In this document: piece by piece, positions 1-10,220 of the stretch
How the letters are laid out: every line of letters begins with the position of its first letter
Position numbering within the stretch: the stretch's first letter is position 1
Source of the DNA: Octopus bimaculoides
Lineage: Eukaryota
Direction of reading: 5' to 3'
NCBI RefSeq assembly: GCF_001194135.2
Contig: NC_068983.1
Span: 36,182,108 to 36,227,362 of the forward strand
DNA length: 45,255 nucleotides
Program-made: the position numbers and the translations under genes
Notes under the pieces: generated by a model
What the model was told of the DNA's origin: nothing
What the model saw: the letters and a program-made list of their open reading frames with translations, nothing else
The model's database searches: none

Positions 1-157
1 ATATTTCAGTAATTGACCAGTTAACGATGTTGAAACTGTAAGTCACGACTGGTATGGCTAGAGCATTGATCGCTTCGATCCTGTTTCTCGCGTTCAGCTC
101 TGTCTTCAGTATTGCTCTCACCCTGCGATAACATTCTCTTCTGATCCTTTCCCTCAT
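1..157 (-). mobile_element. R4/Dong-like non-LTR retrotransposon fragment (post-RT region), 5'-truncated, runs off the window
   Basis: Minus-strand frame MRERIRRECYRRVRAILKTELNARNRIEAINALAIPVVTYSFNIVNWSITEI, the typical R4-clade motif (..YYRRVRKILKSELN..N.I.AIN..A.PV..YSF...NW). Its 5' junction lies in a trinucleotide microsatellite. Confidence 0.8.
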
Positions 158-174
158 CATCATCATCATCATCA

Positions 175-226
<52 letters not shown>

Positions 227-238
227 TATTATTATTAC

Positions 239-320
<82 letters not shown>
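155..320. repeat. Compound microsatellite (CAT)n-(TTA)n-(TAA)n
   Basis: Directly visible. It switches from TTA to TAA between 282 and 283. Confidence 0.97.
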
Positions 321-789
321 TCTTCTTGTTTCACCAGAACATTGGATCATATCCAATCCAAACCTTTCAAAGTTGCCTCTACACCAGAAATTGGCAATTT
401 TGTTTTGTATCATTTCCCTTTCATAGAATCATAGATAGCTTATTGATCCCCATCATGCAATTTTAAAAAATAAATTTAAAGAGTATAATTAATAAAATGC
501 CTTGTTTTAAAAGCAATAATTCATTTATTCTTTTGTATCATTCTCACATTTTTTATCACAAATATTAAAAAAAAATCTAGCAAAAGTACTTAATGAAATT
601 GATAAAGAATAAAAATTCAGTCATAGTATACGAATATTATATGAAATTGGAATATCTAATGAGAGACATGTGTTGATAAATAGGAGTTATTGCATTGATA
701 TTTAGTTGAAAATTAGTGAATTTTAACCTTAAATTATCATGCTCCCTTAAAGCTCAGGTGTTTATCGATCTCTTGAATAGTTAATCCCT

Positions 790-970
790 GTTGTACATGG
801 TTGTTTGAAATGCTAGAAATAGCAAACAAATCTCCTTGAAATCTACAGTTTTTTTTTTTTTAAGAGAACGTCTAGTGGTTCTGTAAAAAGGCAGGATGAT
901 CATAACTGGAATGCTTTTGTTCATAGGTATGATCGATTAGGGTTCGCATGGAACTAAACAACAATAACAA
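790..970 (+). mobile_element. Interspersed repeat family D (gctagaaatagcagccaaatctcc core)
   Basis: The core recurs at about 9290-9312 (-), 16810-16840 (+) and 17610-17640 (-). This copy ends in an (AAC)-rich tail. Probably a SINE; class not confirmed. Confidence 0.6.
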
Positions 971-2148
971 GAATAAAAACTAATCCTCTGAACCAAGATT
1001 TAACTGATCCTTAACTCTTGCCCCCTATCATATCCTCCTTCCTCCCTTCTATTTATTTCATTGATTAAAATCAAGGAAACACGTCAAAATGTCCAAAACA
1101 TAAAAAACCCCCATAGGAAACTCATGTATCTCACCTTCAAATGAGACGGGTGTAATAGTTAAAATTTACAGGGTAAAAAGTTTCTTAGACTATCTAAAGG
1201 GTACCCTTCCCAAATCCGTGTTGTGGGTGGAAGGGATTTTCTAATCCTAACTACACCCACCATCTATATCTCTCAACTTAAAACGATCGATGCCAAGGTG
1301 GCGGTATTTGGGTGGGTGCAGGCACTAGAGAGACTGAATAAACATCTAATTCAATACTTAACTGTCAAAATATGCTTGATGTACAATTTCTTCAAAGTTT
1401 AGAAAATAACTATAACTGATATAGTTATTACCAATAATTATAATTATAACTATAGGTAATATACTGGAGTTGATAAATAAAGGAAACAATAGAAAATAGT
1501 ATCTAAGAGAATGAAACCAAACAGCAAAGACAGTATAAATTCTCCCACAGTCAACTTTTTTGTCTTGCATCTTCACCAATTATATATTGTGTCGATCGAT
1601 TCAACGAATTGAACCCTTAGAAATACCTAGTGAATAGATCGAATACTTCTTGATGATTTTTGTCGATCTACTAAACCCAATTGTTAACGATCTTTCTCAA
1701 GAGAAATCAATATTTTGAAATGCCATACCTTTATTTTTTTGTCACCGTCTGTTGTTAATGTTAAAGATTGCAATTCAAATTAACGAACGCTATGTACTCT
1801 AATATATTATTAAATATGTTTTAATGATTATCAGATAAAATCGATATACAAACGTATTTCCAAAAATAAACTAGGTAGGGACAAATTACTACGTTTAATA
1901 AAATTAAAATAGCTTTAAACCCCACAAAATTGTTCTAACATTGCTGGTGGTGGTGGTGGTAGTCATAGGACAGACGTTGGTATATGTCAGTTAGGGAACA
2001 GCTGCATTGGATTGTCTGCTAAAAGTTATTAATAAACACACCACTCATACTTCGGTCTAGTTTCCTAACACGATTCACGATTCATAAATGAGGTCAGCCG
2101 GGAAAATGTCAAAGGTGAGAGTCTCGTTTTCATACTTGACACCGGCTT

Positions 2149-2169
2149 CACGTGGAGTGCGGTGATAGG
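2149..2169 (-). promoter_or_regulatory. ERSE-like ER-stress element overlapping a CACGTG E-box in the MYDGF promoter
   Basis: The minus strand reads CCTAT-CACCGCACT-CCACG versus the ERSE consensus CCAAT-N9-CCACG (one mismatch, exact 9-nt GC-rich spacer), about 160-180 bp upstream of the ATG. Confidence 0.4.
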
Positions 2170-2250
2170 TTGAAGGCAGCTGGGTTTTCGCTATAGTAAG
2201 TGTGTACAGGTTTACAGTTGTCATCGTGTAGTTGTGGCTGGGAAACCTTC

Positions 2251-2255
2251 CCAAT
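2251..2255 (+). promoter_or_regulatory. CCAAT box upstream of MYDGF
   Basis: CCAAT 79 bp before the ATG in a locally GC-richer promoter region. It is a short motif, so support is weak. Confidence 0.3.
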
Positions 2256-2329
2256 CTCATCAGACCTGCTTCGTTGCATTCCTGCAACTGTAAAAGCTGA
2301 AGAACAAATAGGAACCTAATAGAATTAAT

Positions 2330-2467
2330 ATGGCTCGAGGGCTACATCGGTGGTTGGTAGCAGTTATTTCTCTATTTGGATTTGTTAGTGTTGTCCTAAG
2401 TGACGAAGAAAGCACCCAGTTCGACGTCAAACCCGGAGGACAAGTTAACGATTATGTGAAAGAATGG
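2330..2467 (+). CDS. MYDGF: MYDGF exon 1 (coding part): signal peptide plus mature N-terminus
   Basis: ATG at 2330 gives MARGLHRWLVAVISLFGFVSVVLS-DEESTQFDVKPGGQVNDYVKEW. It has a hydrophobic signal peptide, and FDVKPGG matches human MYDGF FDVRPGG. Phase-0 GT donor (gtaaat) at 2468. Confidence 0.93.
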
Positions 2468-2652
2468 GTAAATAAATAAACACACTTCTATAATTTAACA
2501 TCGATATTTTTTACTATTTTCGAAAGTCGATCGTTACTGTTAACACGTGTCATGTACACAAGTTTTGTTTTGATTATAAACCATCTGTTTTCATAGCGGT
2601 TTTATCCTTTAACTCACAGCACATACTTAAACAGCTAGAAAACTGCTTTACT

Positions 2653-2654
<2 letters not shown>

Positions 2655-2708
<54 letters not shown>
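2655..2708. repeat. (AT)n microsatellite
   Basis: Directly visible. Confidence 0.95.
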
Positions 2709-2711
<3 letters not shown>

Positions 2712-2827
2712 CATTCTTTCATTTTGATGTATATATAACTACACACACACACACAATTACAATAATTACAGTGGAAAATAGTTTCGTTGTTAATATAGTT
2801 TACTGAAAGATGAATGAGTTCGTGATC

Positions 2828-2960
2828 AAATTCCACCGAGGTCGACTTTACCTATCATCCCTTCGGGGTCGATAAATTAAGAACCAGTTGCGTACTGAGG
2901 TCGATCTAATCGACTGGCCCCCTCCCCCAAATTTTCGGCACTTATGCCTAGAGTAGAAAA
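2828..2960 (+). mobile_element. SINE family A, 5'-truncated copy
   Basis: gaggtcgactttacctatcatcccttcggggtcgataaattaagaaccagttg, the body shared with more than 10 other copies in the window. Confidence 0.85.
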
Positions 2961-3792
2961 ATGAGTTCGTGATCTGTTGATCTACGCGGAAATGTTAAAT
3001 TGTTATTAAATCTGAAGATATATACATTTTACTTCTATCGCAGATATATGTAGCTATATACATTGGTTAAATCCTGGTGTGATAATTTTACATTTGTTTT
3101 TTTTTTTATTAGTTACTTATTTGTTTTGTTATAGATGACATCTCTTCCTTTTCCCAGTCAGCTAGTTGTGGCCATACTGGGATACACTGAACAATATTTA
3201 TATACAGAAATATGAAAACCCAAATAGTTTTTAAATGTTATTCAATGAAAAGGGCAAATCAGAAACCAAGTTGTGATAGTTCTAATATGCACATTTCATT
3301 ATATTGTCCTAATATCGATTTTTTTTTTACTTTAATAAGCAATCTAACATTATTGATCTTCCCAACTCGAGTCAACGTGACCCAGCTGAGATCCTTACAT
3401 CAGATTTGCGATATATTAACGGGTATATCTTGAACTCCTGATCGTTTTCTCCCCTTCCTCTATTTCACATATTTGTTCATAATATTTCTATTGCGTTTAT
3501 TTCATTTCATATATTTCAGTGCATGTACCCAGCAAAAACAAAAACTAACTCCAAACCCTCAGGCGGCGAATTAGCTGAGTTGTTAGATCGTTAGCCAGAA
3601 TGGTTTCGGGGTATTTCTTGCATTTTGAGTTCAAATCCTACCGATATATATATATATATATATATNNNNNNNNNNCCGAATAATTGTCACATATTATATT
3701 ACAGATAAATTCCTCTGTTTACATAATATCGAGGTCTCATTCATTCTTTTATTGTCTTACCATTAATATATAAATAATGTAAGTTGAACAAC

Positions 3793-4245
3793 TTATCTAC
3801 GCTTCGTGGACAAGATGACAAAAACATTGTCGCGAAGAGCAGCTAACATCCTTGTACTATCCACTCCTACCTTTACGAGATTCTTAGGTGCTACGCCGTC
3901 ATCCCAATTCAGCGGAGGAGAGATGCCGTTCAGTGGAGTGAGGACACTGGAGGGCTCAACAGGGATCTCTGATAATGATTGGTAGTTAGTCATCTTCCAC
4001 TCCTCTGCGTTGCGGACAGTAGCAACTTAGGTCTATCGGCGAAGCGACAAAGTTGGCGCTGGTGAATAACTCGTAACACATGGCGTCCCAGACAAGCGAT
4101 TTCCCCCTTTCAAATGAGAAAAGGATTACCCGTCTGGACGCGTACTTTCGTCACGATCAAGGCCCGTAGACTCCAGATTTGACGGGATATCAGTAGCTCC
4201 TTTTAAAGCTATCGTTCAGTGCAGCGCTTGAGGGAGACGTTCTAC
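3793..4245 (-). mobile_element. HERO-like (RLE-type) non-LTR retrotransposon C-terminal remnant, frameshifted
   Basis: Across frameshifts it reads AALNDSFKR..DIPSNLES-TGLDRDESTRPDG/VILFSFERGKSLVWDAMC..AEEWKMTNYQSLS..IPVEPS..ELG..RMLAALRDNVFVIL, matching the RLE motifs EP.GL.R.DG.RPDG..WD.TC..RGN. Confidence 0.7.
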
Positions 4246-4692
4246 ACATGAGAATGAATGTGTTATAGTTTGTTTTGTATATACTTTTAACAGTATTGTT
4301 ACATAAAAGAAATTTGCCAAGTTTATCAATTTTATGATATATCGATTTATTGAATACTTGTAGAATATTTAAACTGAATGAAATTTAAAAAATTATATAT
4401 ATTTGCAAATGTACTGTAAAAGATTTATTTACAACAAATGTCAAGCCGAAATGTCAGATGGATAATTGTTAATGTTTTTAAATATTCAGATTCTTCATCT
4501 TTCAGGATAAAGCATTTTAAAATATTTATATCTTCATTATGCTATTATCTCTGATCGTCATCAGGGTTCTATTCCTGGATATATGTATCGTATCAGATTG
4601 GATCTGAAATAGAAATCCTTATATTTAGACTAAAATTTAGATATAATTATAGCCTGGCGTCATGTAGATATTTAGAAACAGACATCTGATGC

Positions 4693-5050
4693 AACCACAT
4701 GGCTCCTGGTTCAGTCCCACTGCATGACACCTTGAACAAGTATCTTCTACTATTGCTTCAGGCCGACCAAAGCCTTGTGTGTGGATTTTGTAGACGGAAA
4801 CTGGAAGAAGCCCATTGTACAGGTGTGTGTGTGTGTTGGTGTCTGTGTTTGTTCCCCACCACTGCTTGACAACTGGTGCTGGTGTGTTTATGTCTCCATA
4901 ATTTAGCGGTTCAGCAAAGAACCCAATAGAATAAGTTACCAATCTTAAAAAAGAATAAGTACTGGGGTCGATTCATTTGAGTAATAATTTTTAAAGGCAG
5001 TGTCCCAGCATGGCTGCAGTCTAATGACTGAAACAAATAAAAGATAAAAA
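4693..5050 (+). mobile_element. SINE family B copy (tRNA-like head, accttgggcaagt-type core)
   Basis: ggttcagtcccactg..accttgaacaagtatcttctac..gaaactggaagaagccc..gactgaaacaaataaaagataaa, shared with other copies. Confidence 0.85.
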
Positions 5051-5099
5051 ATATAAATACTTGAAAAATATTTCTTCAGAACGTTGAGGTTAATAAGAC

Positions 5100-5330
5100 C
5101 CCAAAACTATAATTATACAGAGTTGGCAAAAAAACCAGGAAAAATATTCCAGAATTCTTGTCTGGTATCAGATTGATCCCAAAATCTAATCAATTCGTGC
5201 CAGTCATGAGGCCAAACATCCCTGAAAGTTTCATGTGAATCTATCCATCGGTTCTTGAGATATCTTGTCCACGGACAAACAAACAAAAACATGACTGAAA
5301 ACGATACCTCCGCCTTCACTAAGGTTAGAT
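5100..5330 (+). mobile_element. Helentron/HINE-like non-autonomous repeat
   Basis: aagtttcatgtgaatctatccatcggttcttgagatatcttg..(caaa)n..aaaacgatacctccgccttc resembles DINE/HINE-type elements with a short repeat and a 3' hairpin (recalled pattern only). Confidence 0.4.
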
Positions 5331-5342
5331 CTAATAACCCTT

Positions 5343-6003
5343 TTTGTATAGGCACAAGGCCTGAAATTTTGAGTGAAGGTGATAGTCATTTATATCAATC
5401 CCAGTGCTTGAGTGGCACTTACGTGATCAACCCTGGAAGGATGAAAAGCAAAGTTGACTTTGGCAGAATTTGAACTCAGAACATAAAGATGACCAAAATG
5501 TTGCTAAGCATCTTGTCCATGTTAATGGTTCTGCCAGCTTGCCACTTTAATAACATTAATATTAGTAATAATCATAATAACCCGTTCTAATAAAGGCACA
5601 AGGCCTGAAATTTGGGAGAGGAGGATAGTCGATTACATTGACCCCAGTACGCAACTGGTACTTAATTTATCGACCCTGAAAGAATGATAGGTAAAGTCGA
5701 CCTCGACACAATTTGAACTCAGAACATAAAGACAGGCGAAATACTGCTAAGCATTTCATCCAATGTGCTAACAATTCTGCCAGCTCACCGCCTTAAATAA
5801 TAATAATAACAATAATCTTTTCTACTCTAGGCACAAGGCCTGAAATTTTTGAGGAGGGCGCCAGTCGATTAGATCAACCCCAGTATGCAACTGGTACTTA
5901 ATTTATCGACCCTGCAAGAATGAAAGACAAAGTTGACCTCAGCAGCATTTGAACTCAGAATGTAAAGATGATTGAAATGCTGTGAAGCATTTTGTCCAGT
6001 GTG

Positions 6004-6037
<34 letters not shown>

Positions 6038-6218
6038 CTTGCTGCATTAATAATAATAATAATAATTGCAAAAGTTGGCATTACTTGGAACTGCATGCAT
6101 TTTGCGTAAAGTAATGTCTGTCTGAGGTCCTTGTTGTGACTTGACAAACAGTACAAACCCCCGGTAGACACAATATCTTCAATTAACAATCTCACAATAT
6201 TGTATATTGTCCAATGTC

Positions 6219-6249
<31 letters not shown>

Positions 6250-6455
6250 GTTTCAAATTTTGGCACAAGGCCAGCAAATCTGAGGGAAAGGATAAGTTGA
6301 TTACTTCAACCCTGGGGCTTATCTGGTACTTACTTTATTCATCTGAAAGGATGAAATGCAAAGTTGACCTTGGCGGAATTTGAACTCAGAATGTGAAGAC
6401 AGATGAAATACCACTAAGCATTTCACCCAGTGTACTGACAATTCTGCCAGCCTGC
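5343..6455 (-). mobile_element. Head-to-tail chain of four SINE family A copies separated by AAT tracts
   Basis: Copies at about 5343-5550, 5583-5795, 5817-6005 and 6250-6455. Each contains atttgaactcagaa (reverse of the B box GAGTTCAAAT) and ggcacaaggcc near the tail. Confidence 0.9.
6066..6249 (+). mobile_element. R4/Dong-like non-LTR 3' end (last codons, 3'UTR, (TAA)n tail)
   Basis: 6066-6125 reads LQKLALLGTACILRKVMSV*, the typical R4-clade C-terminus (QK..LLGTA.ILRKVL). It is followed by about 95 nt of 3'UTR and a TAA tail, and preceded by TAA repeats. Confidence 0.78.
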
Positions 6456-6467
6456 TGTCTGTTTAAT

Positions 6468-6637
6468 CATCATCATCGTTGTCATTTGTTTCATATCCAC
6501 TTTCCATGCTGGCATGGGTTGGACGGTTTAACTGGGAACTGGCAAAACGGGAGGCTGCACCAGGCTCCAATCTGATTTGGCATGGTTTCTACAGCTGGAT
6601 GCCCTTCCTAATGCCAACCACTCCGAGAGTGTAGTGA
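6468..6637 (-). mobile_element. Repeat family E (SINE-like, (GAT)n tail; ggttggcattaggaagggcatccagc segment)
   Basis: A second, more diverged copy lies at about 16874-17050. The tail appears as catcatcatc on the + strand. Confidence 0.7.
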
Positions 6638-7260
6638 GTGCTTTTATGTGCCACCGGCATGAGTGCCAGTTAGGTGGCACAGGCATTGGTCACGCTCAAA
6701 TGGTGCTTTTTACATGCCACCAGCACAGGTACCAGTCAGATGGCACTGGCATTGGTCACACTCAAATAGTGTTTTTTACGTTCCACTGGCATAGGTACTA
6801 GTCAGACAGCATTGGCATCGGACACACTCAAATGGTGCTTTTTACATGCCACCGGCACAGATGCCAGTCAGGCGGCATTGGCATCGGCCATGCTCAAATG
6901 GTGTTTTTTATGTGCCACTGGCACAGGTGCCAGTCAGGCAGCGTTGGCATTGGCCATGCTCAAATGGTGCTTTTTACATGCCACTGGCACAGGTGCCAGT
7001 CAGGCCGCATTGGCATCGGACACACTCAAATGGTGTTTTTTACATGCCACTGGCACAGATGCCAATCAGGCGGCATTGGCATCGGCCATGCTCAAATGGT
7101 GTTTTTTACGTGCCACTGGCATAGGTGCCAGTCAGGCAGCGTTGGCATTGGCCATGCTCAAATGGTGCTTTCTATGTGCCAGTCAGGCGGCATTGGCATC
7201 GGCCACGATCAAATGGTGCTTTTTACATACCACCGGCATGGGTGCCAGTCAGGCAGCACT
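6638..7260. repeat. 66-bp minisatellite, about 9.5 units, grown inside the family E element
   Basis: The ctcaaa anchor occurs at 6695, 6761, 6827, 6893, 6959, 7025, 7091 and 7157 (exact 66-bp period), then 7208 (15-bp deletion). Confidence 0.97.
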
Positions 7261-7615
7261 AACAAAAACAGCAACTGCAATAGATAAGGTTCTTTAGTGT
7301 GTAACTGTTTAATCTGTACTTGATTCTCTCTTCCTTCTTAGTGACCACCAAAATGGCTTCTATAGAGACAGGTCTGTCAGAGACTTTCCCTTGAGAAAGT
7401 AATGTTGTTGCTCTTGGCATCAGAAAATCCTTCAACCATATCTGGTTTCCTGGTGTCTATGATTTCATGGACTGGAAGCTTCTTGTTAGACCAAAATGTT
7501 GAGTGTGTTTCTGATGCTCACTGTGACACAGTTTATCATTTCTGGTGTTCCCAAAGGTTTGGTTATGTCTCCTGTACTCTTCTTTCCATACATTAAATCT
7601 TTAGTGTTTAAACTA

Positions 7616-8077
7616 GGTGCAGGAGTGGCTGTGTGGTAAGTAGCTTTCTCACCAACCACATAGTTCCGGGTTCAGTCCCACTGCGTAGCACCTTAGGCAA
7701 GTATCTTCTACTACAGCCTCGGGCTGACCAAAGCCTTNNNNNNNNNNTACAGCCTCGGGCTGACCAAAGCCTTGTGAGTGGATTTGGTAGACGGAAACTG
7801 AAAGAAGCCCGTTGTATATATGTATGTGTATATATATATGTGTGTATATATATGTGTGTGTTTGTGTGTCTCTGTTTGTTCCCCCAACATCGCTTGACTA
7901 CAGATGCTGGTGTGTTTACGTCCACGTAACTTAGCGGTTCGGCAAAAGAGACCGATAGAATAACTACTAGGCTTCCAAAGAATAAGTCCCGGGGTCGATT
8001 TGCTCGACTAAAGGCGGTGCTCCAGCATGGCCGCAGTCAAATGACTGAAACAAGTAAAAGAGTAAAGAGAGTAAAGA
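7616..8077 (+). mobile_element. SINE family B, near full length
   Basis: A box TGGCTGTGTGG, B box GGTTCAGTCCC, internal (GT/AT) tract and gagtaaa-type tail. Contains a 10-N gap. Confidence 0.9.
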
Positions 8078-8574
8078 GTATATCTAGCTCAAATATTCTA
8101 CAGGCTCTTATGTTCAAAGCAGCCAGACCTGGCTTCTCACACCTCTCCGACATTGTCATTTGGAAAATAGATAATTGCATCATCAGAGTCTCAAAGCTAC
8201 AAAGTAATGCATGATTAATTGAAAACAATGTAAATAAATATGCATTACAATTGATACCTGAATGCTAAAGTTAATTACCTGTTCATCATCACTAACAACA
8301 TAAACTTGTTTTTAGCCTTCTTCACAAAGGTGTCATTCAACCATCTCATACTGAACATACACTGCTTCCATGAAAAGAAAACCTTGAGAATATCCTTCTA
8401 TGAAGAAGTGACAACCCAATCACTTCCAGCATCACAAAGACTTCATCATTATCACTATCTAGGAAGTGGTTTTGTACCTCTCTCTAGTTATGAACTCTAA
8501 ATGACTGGATTCCTCTTCAGCTCTGATCAACTGATGACTGTTGTACACAGGATTCATGAAACCAGAGTTTATCT

Positions 8575-8795
8575 GGATTTTCAAGGCATTGTGGTAAAGA
8601 TTACAATACTCTTCCCTGAACGGGACACCAATCCATCACAGTGAACCCTTAGGAGCCACAGGGATTCATTTTGTGGCTGAGTATAGTGGACCAACATGAA
8701 ATAAAGTGCCATGCTCAAGAACTCATTGCACAGCTCAGTCTGATAATGGGGCTCATCACCTAATGTCGAAGTGTTTAACATCCTAATCATAAGCT
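8575..8795 (-). mobile_element. SINE family C-type copy, diverged
   Basis: Reverse of gttcttgagcatggcactttatttcatgttggtccactatactcagc, the family C core. Confidence 0.6.
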
Positions 8796-8911
8796 ACACA
8801 CCTTTACTTCTCTTTACAAAATTCATGTTAAACACACATTGAAGCACTATTCCTCTATATCTATACTTTCCTACTGCCACATACATACACACATATATAT
8901 ATATTCTAGAC

Positions 8912-9015
8912 CAGTGATTCTCAAACTTTTTCAGGCTGCTGCCCACTTGCCACTCAGGCCACATTCCTAGTGCTCCACTCCTCTCACAACCACAAATATA
9001 GACCACTTTCTGCAG
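8912..9015 (+). mobile_element. hAT (Charlie-type) MITE left end, truncated
   Basis: CAGTGATTCTCAAACTTTTT preceded by ttctagac (NTCTAGAN target consensus). No right TIR found. Confidence 0.5.
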
Positions 9016-9484
9016 CATAACTCAGAACGTAAAGACAGATAAAATACCACATTTTGCCTGGCATGCTAATGTTTCTGCCAGCTCACCGCTTTACTGATAA
9101 ACTATATTGCTACATAGTGTTATTGGTATTTAACCTCATAACAACATTGATTGAGATGCACGTCCAAAGGCATTCCAGTTTTGACCAATCTGGTATTTTA
9201 TTTTTAGTTTTTTTGGTTATAATGTGCCCTGGTCTATACTATCCAGTGTGTCTTTCCTCATTTTAGAACAGTTTGTGTGAGTTGAGGAAGATTTGGCTGC
9301 TATTTCTAGCAGTTCATTCAATCCCGTTTAGTAGTTATGGGCAATCTGCAGCCAACGGAACATTCTGAATGGCACACCTAAACGAAAAATTGCCTAGAAT
9401 TTATTAAATGAGCCATGTCTCATGTGGCCTGTTTTTCGCAAAAGGTGCCCATACCTGCTGTAGAGGCTCCTACAGTTACATATA

Positions 9485-9690
9485 ATCCTTTCTACTATAG
9501 GCACAAGGCCTGAAATTTTGGGGGAGGAGCCAGTTGATTAGATCGACTCCAGTACACAACTGGTACTTAATTTATCGACCCCAAAAGGATGAACGGCAAA
9601 GTTGACCTTGGAGGAATTTGAACCCAGAACGTAGTGATGGCCGAAATACGGCTAAGCATTTCGACCAGCGTGCTAATGATTCTGCCACCT
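9485..9690 (-). mobile_element. SINE family A copy
   Basis: The full body matches the copies at 5343-6455. Confidence 0.88.
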
Positions 9691-9810
9691 ACAGTTCCAT
9701 TTAATGTTGTGACATTGTAGTTATGTTTCAGGTGTTTTACATTAACTTTTTACATTACAGTTCTTTCAGTTTCTATTTTTGATTTCAAAATCTTTTCTTT
9801 TCCTTTGCAG

Positions 9811-9861
9811 AAAGGCTTTCAGTGTAAATTTACGTATGTCTGTCAAGGAGGAACCAAAGAG
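9811..9861 (+). CDS. MYDGF: MYDGF exon 2
   Basis: Acceptor ttttcttttcctttgcag and donor gtatgt. 51 nt, phase 0-0, KGFQCKFTYVCQGGTKE, matching human YTCMFTYASQGGTNE. Confidence 0.95.
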
Positions 9862-9931
9862 GTATGTTTCTAATATCTTAGATTTAAATTTCAAATGAAG
9901 ATTTTATAAAGTTTATAAGCTGAAGATGTGT

Positions 9932-10212
9932 GAAGGTACATGGCTTAGTGGTTAGGGTCTTCAGCTCATGATTGTAAGGTTGTGAGTTCAATTCCCAATG
10001 TTGCATTGTGTCCTTGAGCAAGATGCTTTATTTCACATTGCTCCAGTTCACTCAGCTGGCAAAAATGGGTGGCAAAAATTCTGTGTCATGCTGAATCTCT
10101 CTGAGAACTGTGTTAAAGGTATGTGTGTCTGTGAAGTACTCAGCCACTTGCACGTTAATTTCATGCGCTGGCTGTTCTGTTGATTGAATTAACTGGAGCC
10201 CTCGTGAAGTGT
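9932..10212 (+). mobile_element. SINE family C copy (tRNA-derived)
   Basis: A box TGGCTTAGTGG, B box GAGTTCAATTCC, core ccttgagcaagatgctttatttcacattgctccagt. Homologous to 41876-42186. Confidence 0.85.
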
Positions 10213-10220
10213 CAATCACT

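Noticed and set aside
1358-1579. Minus-strand 73-aa hydrophobic ORF divergent from MYDGF
   Set aside because: No recognisable homology or convincing splice sites. Hydrophobicity is expected from AT-rich DNA.
4083-4141. ~60-nt hairpin (gcgtcccagac..gtctggacgc) resembling a pre-miRNA
   Set aside because: The arms are the RPDG and VWDA codons of the HERO-like relic, and pairing in the middle is poor.
5343-7260. Regularly spaced repeats suggestive of a CRISPR array
   Set aside because: Eukaryotic context. The units are SINE copies or a minisatellite without unique spacers, and there are no cas genes.
6812-7297. Three overlapping repetitive ORFs (Cys/His-rich or Ala-rich)
   Set aside because: A by-product of the stop-free 66-bp unit within a mobile element inside an intron. 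No splice sites or start context.
7616-7700. tRNA-like A/B boxes (here and in other SINE heads)
   Set aside because: No cloverleaf, and they are contiguous with multi-copy SINE bodies, so they are not tRNA genes.
7712-7773. Apparent tandem duplication tacagcctcgggctgaccaaagcctt around 10 Ns
   Set aside because: Typical unmerged contig overlap at a gap; an assembly artefact.
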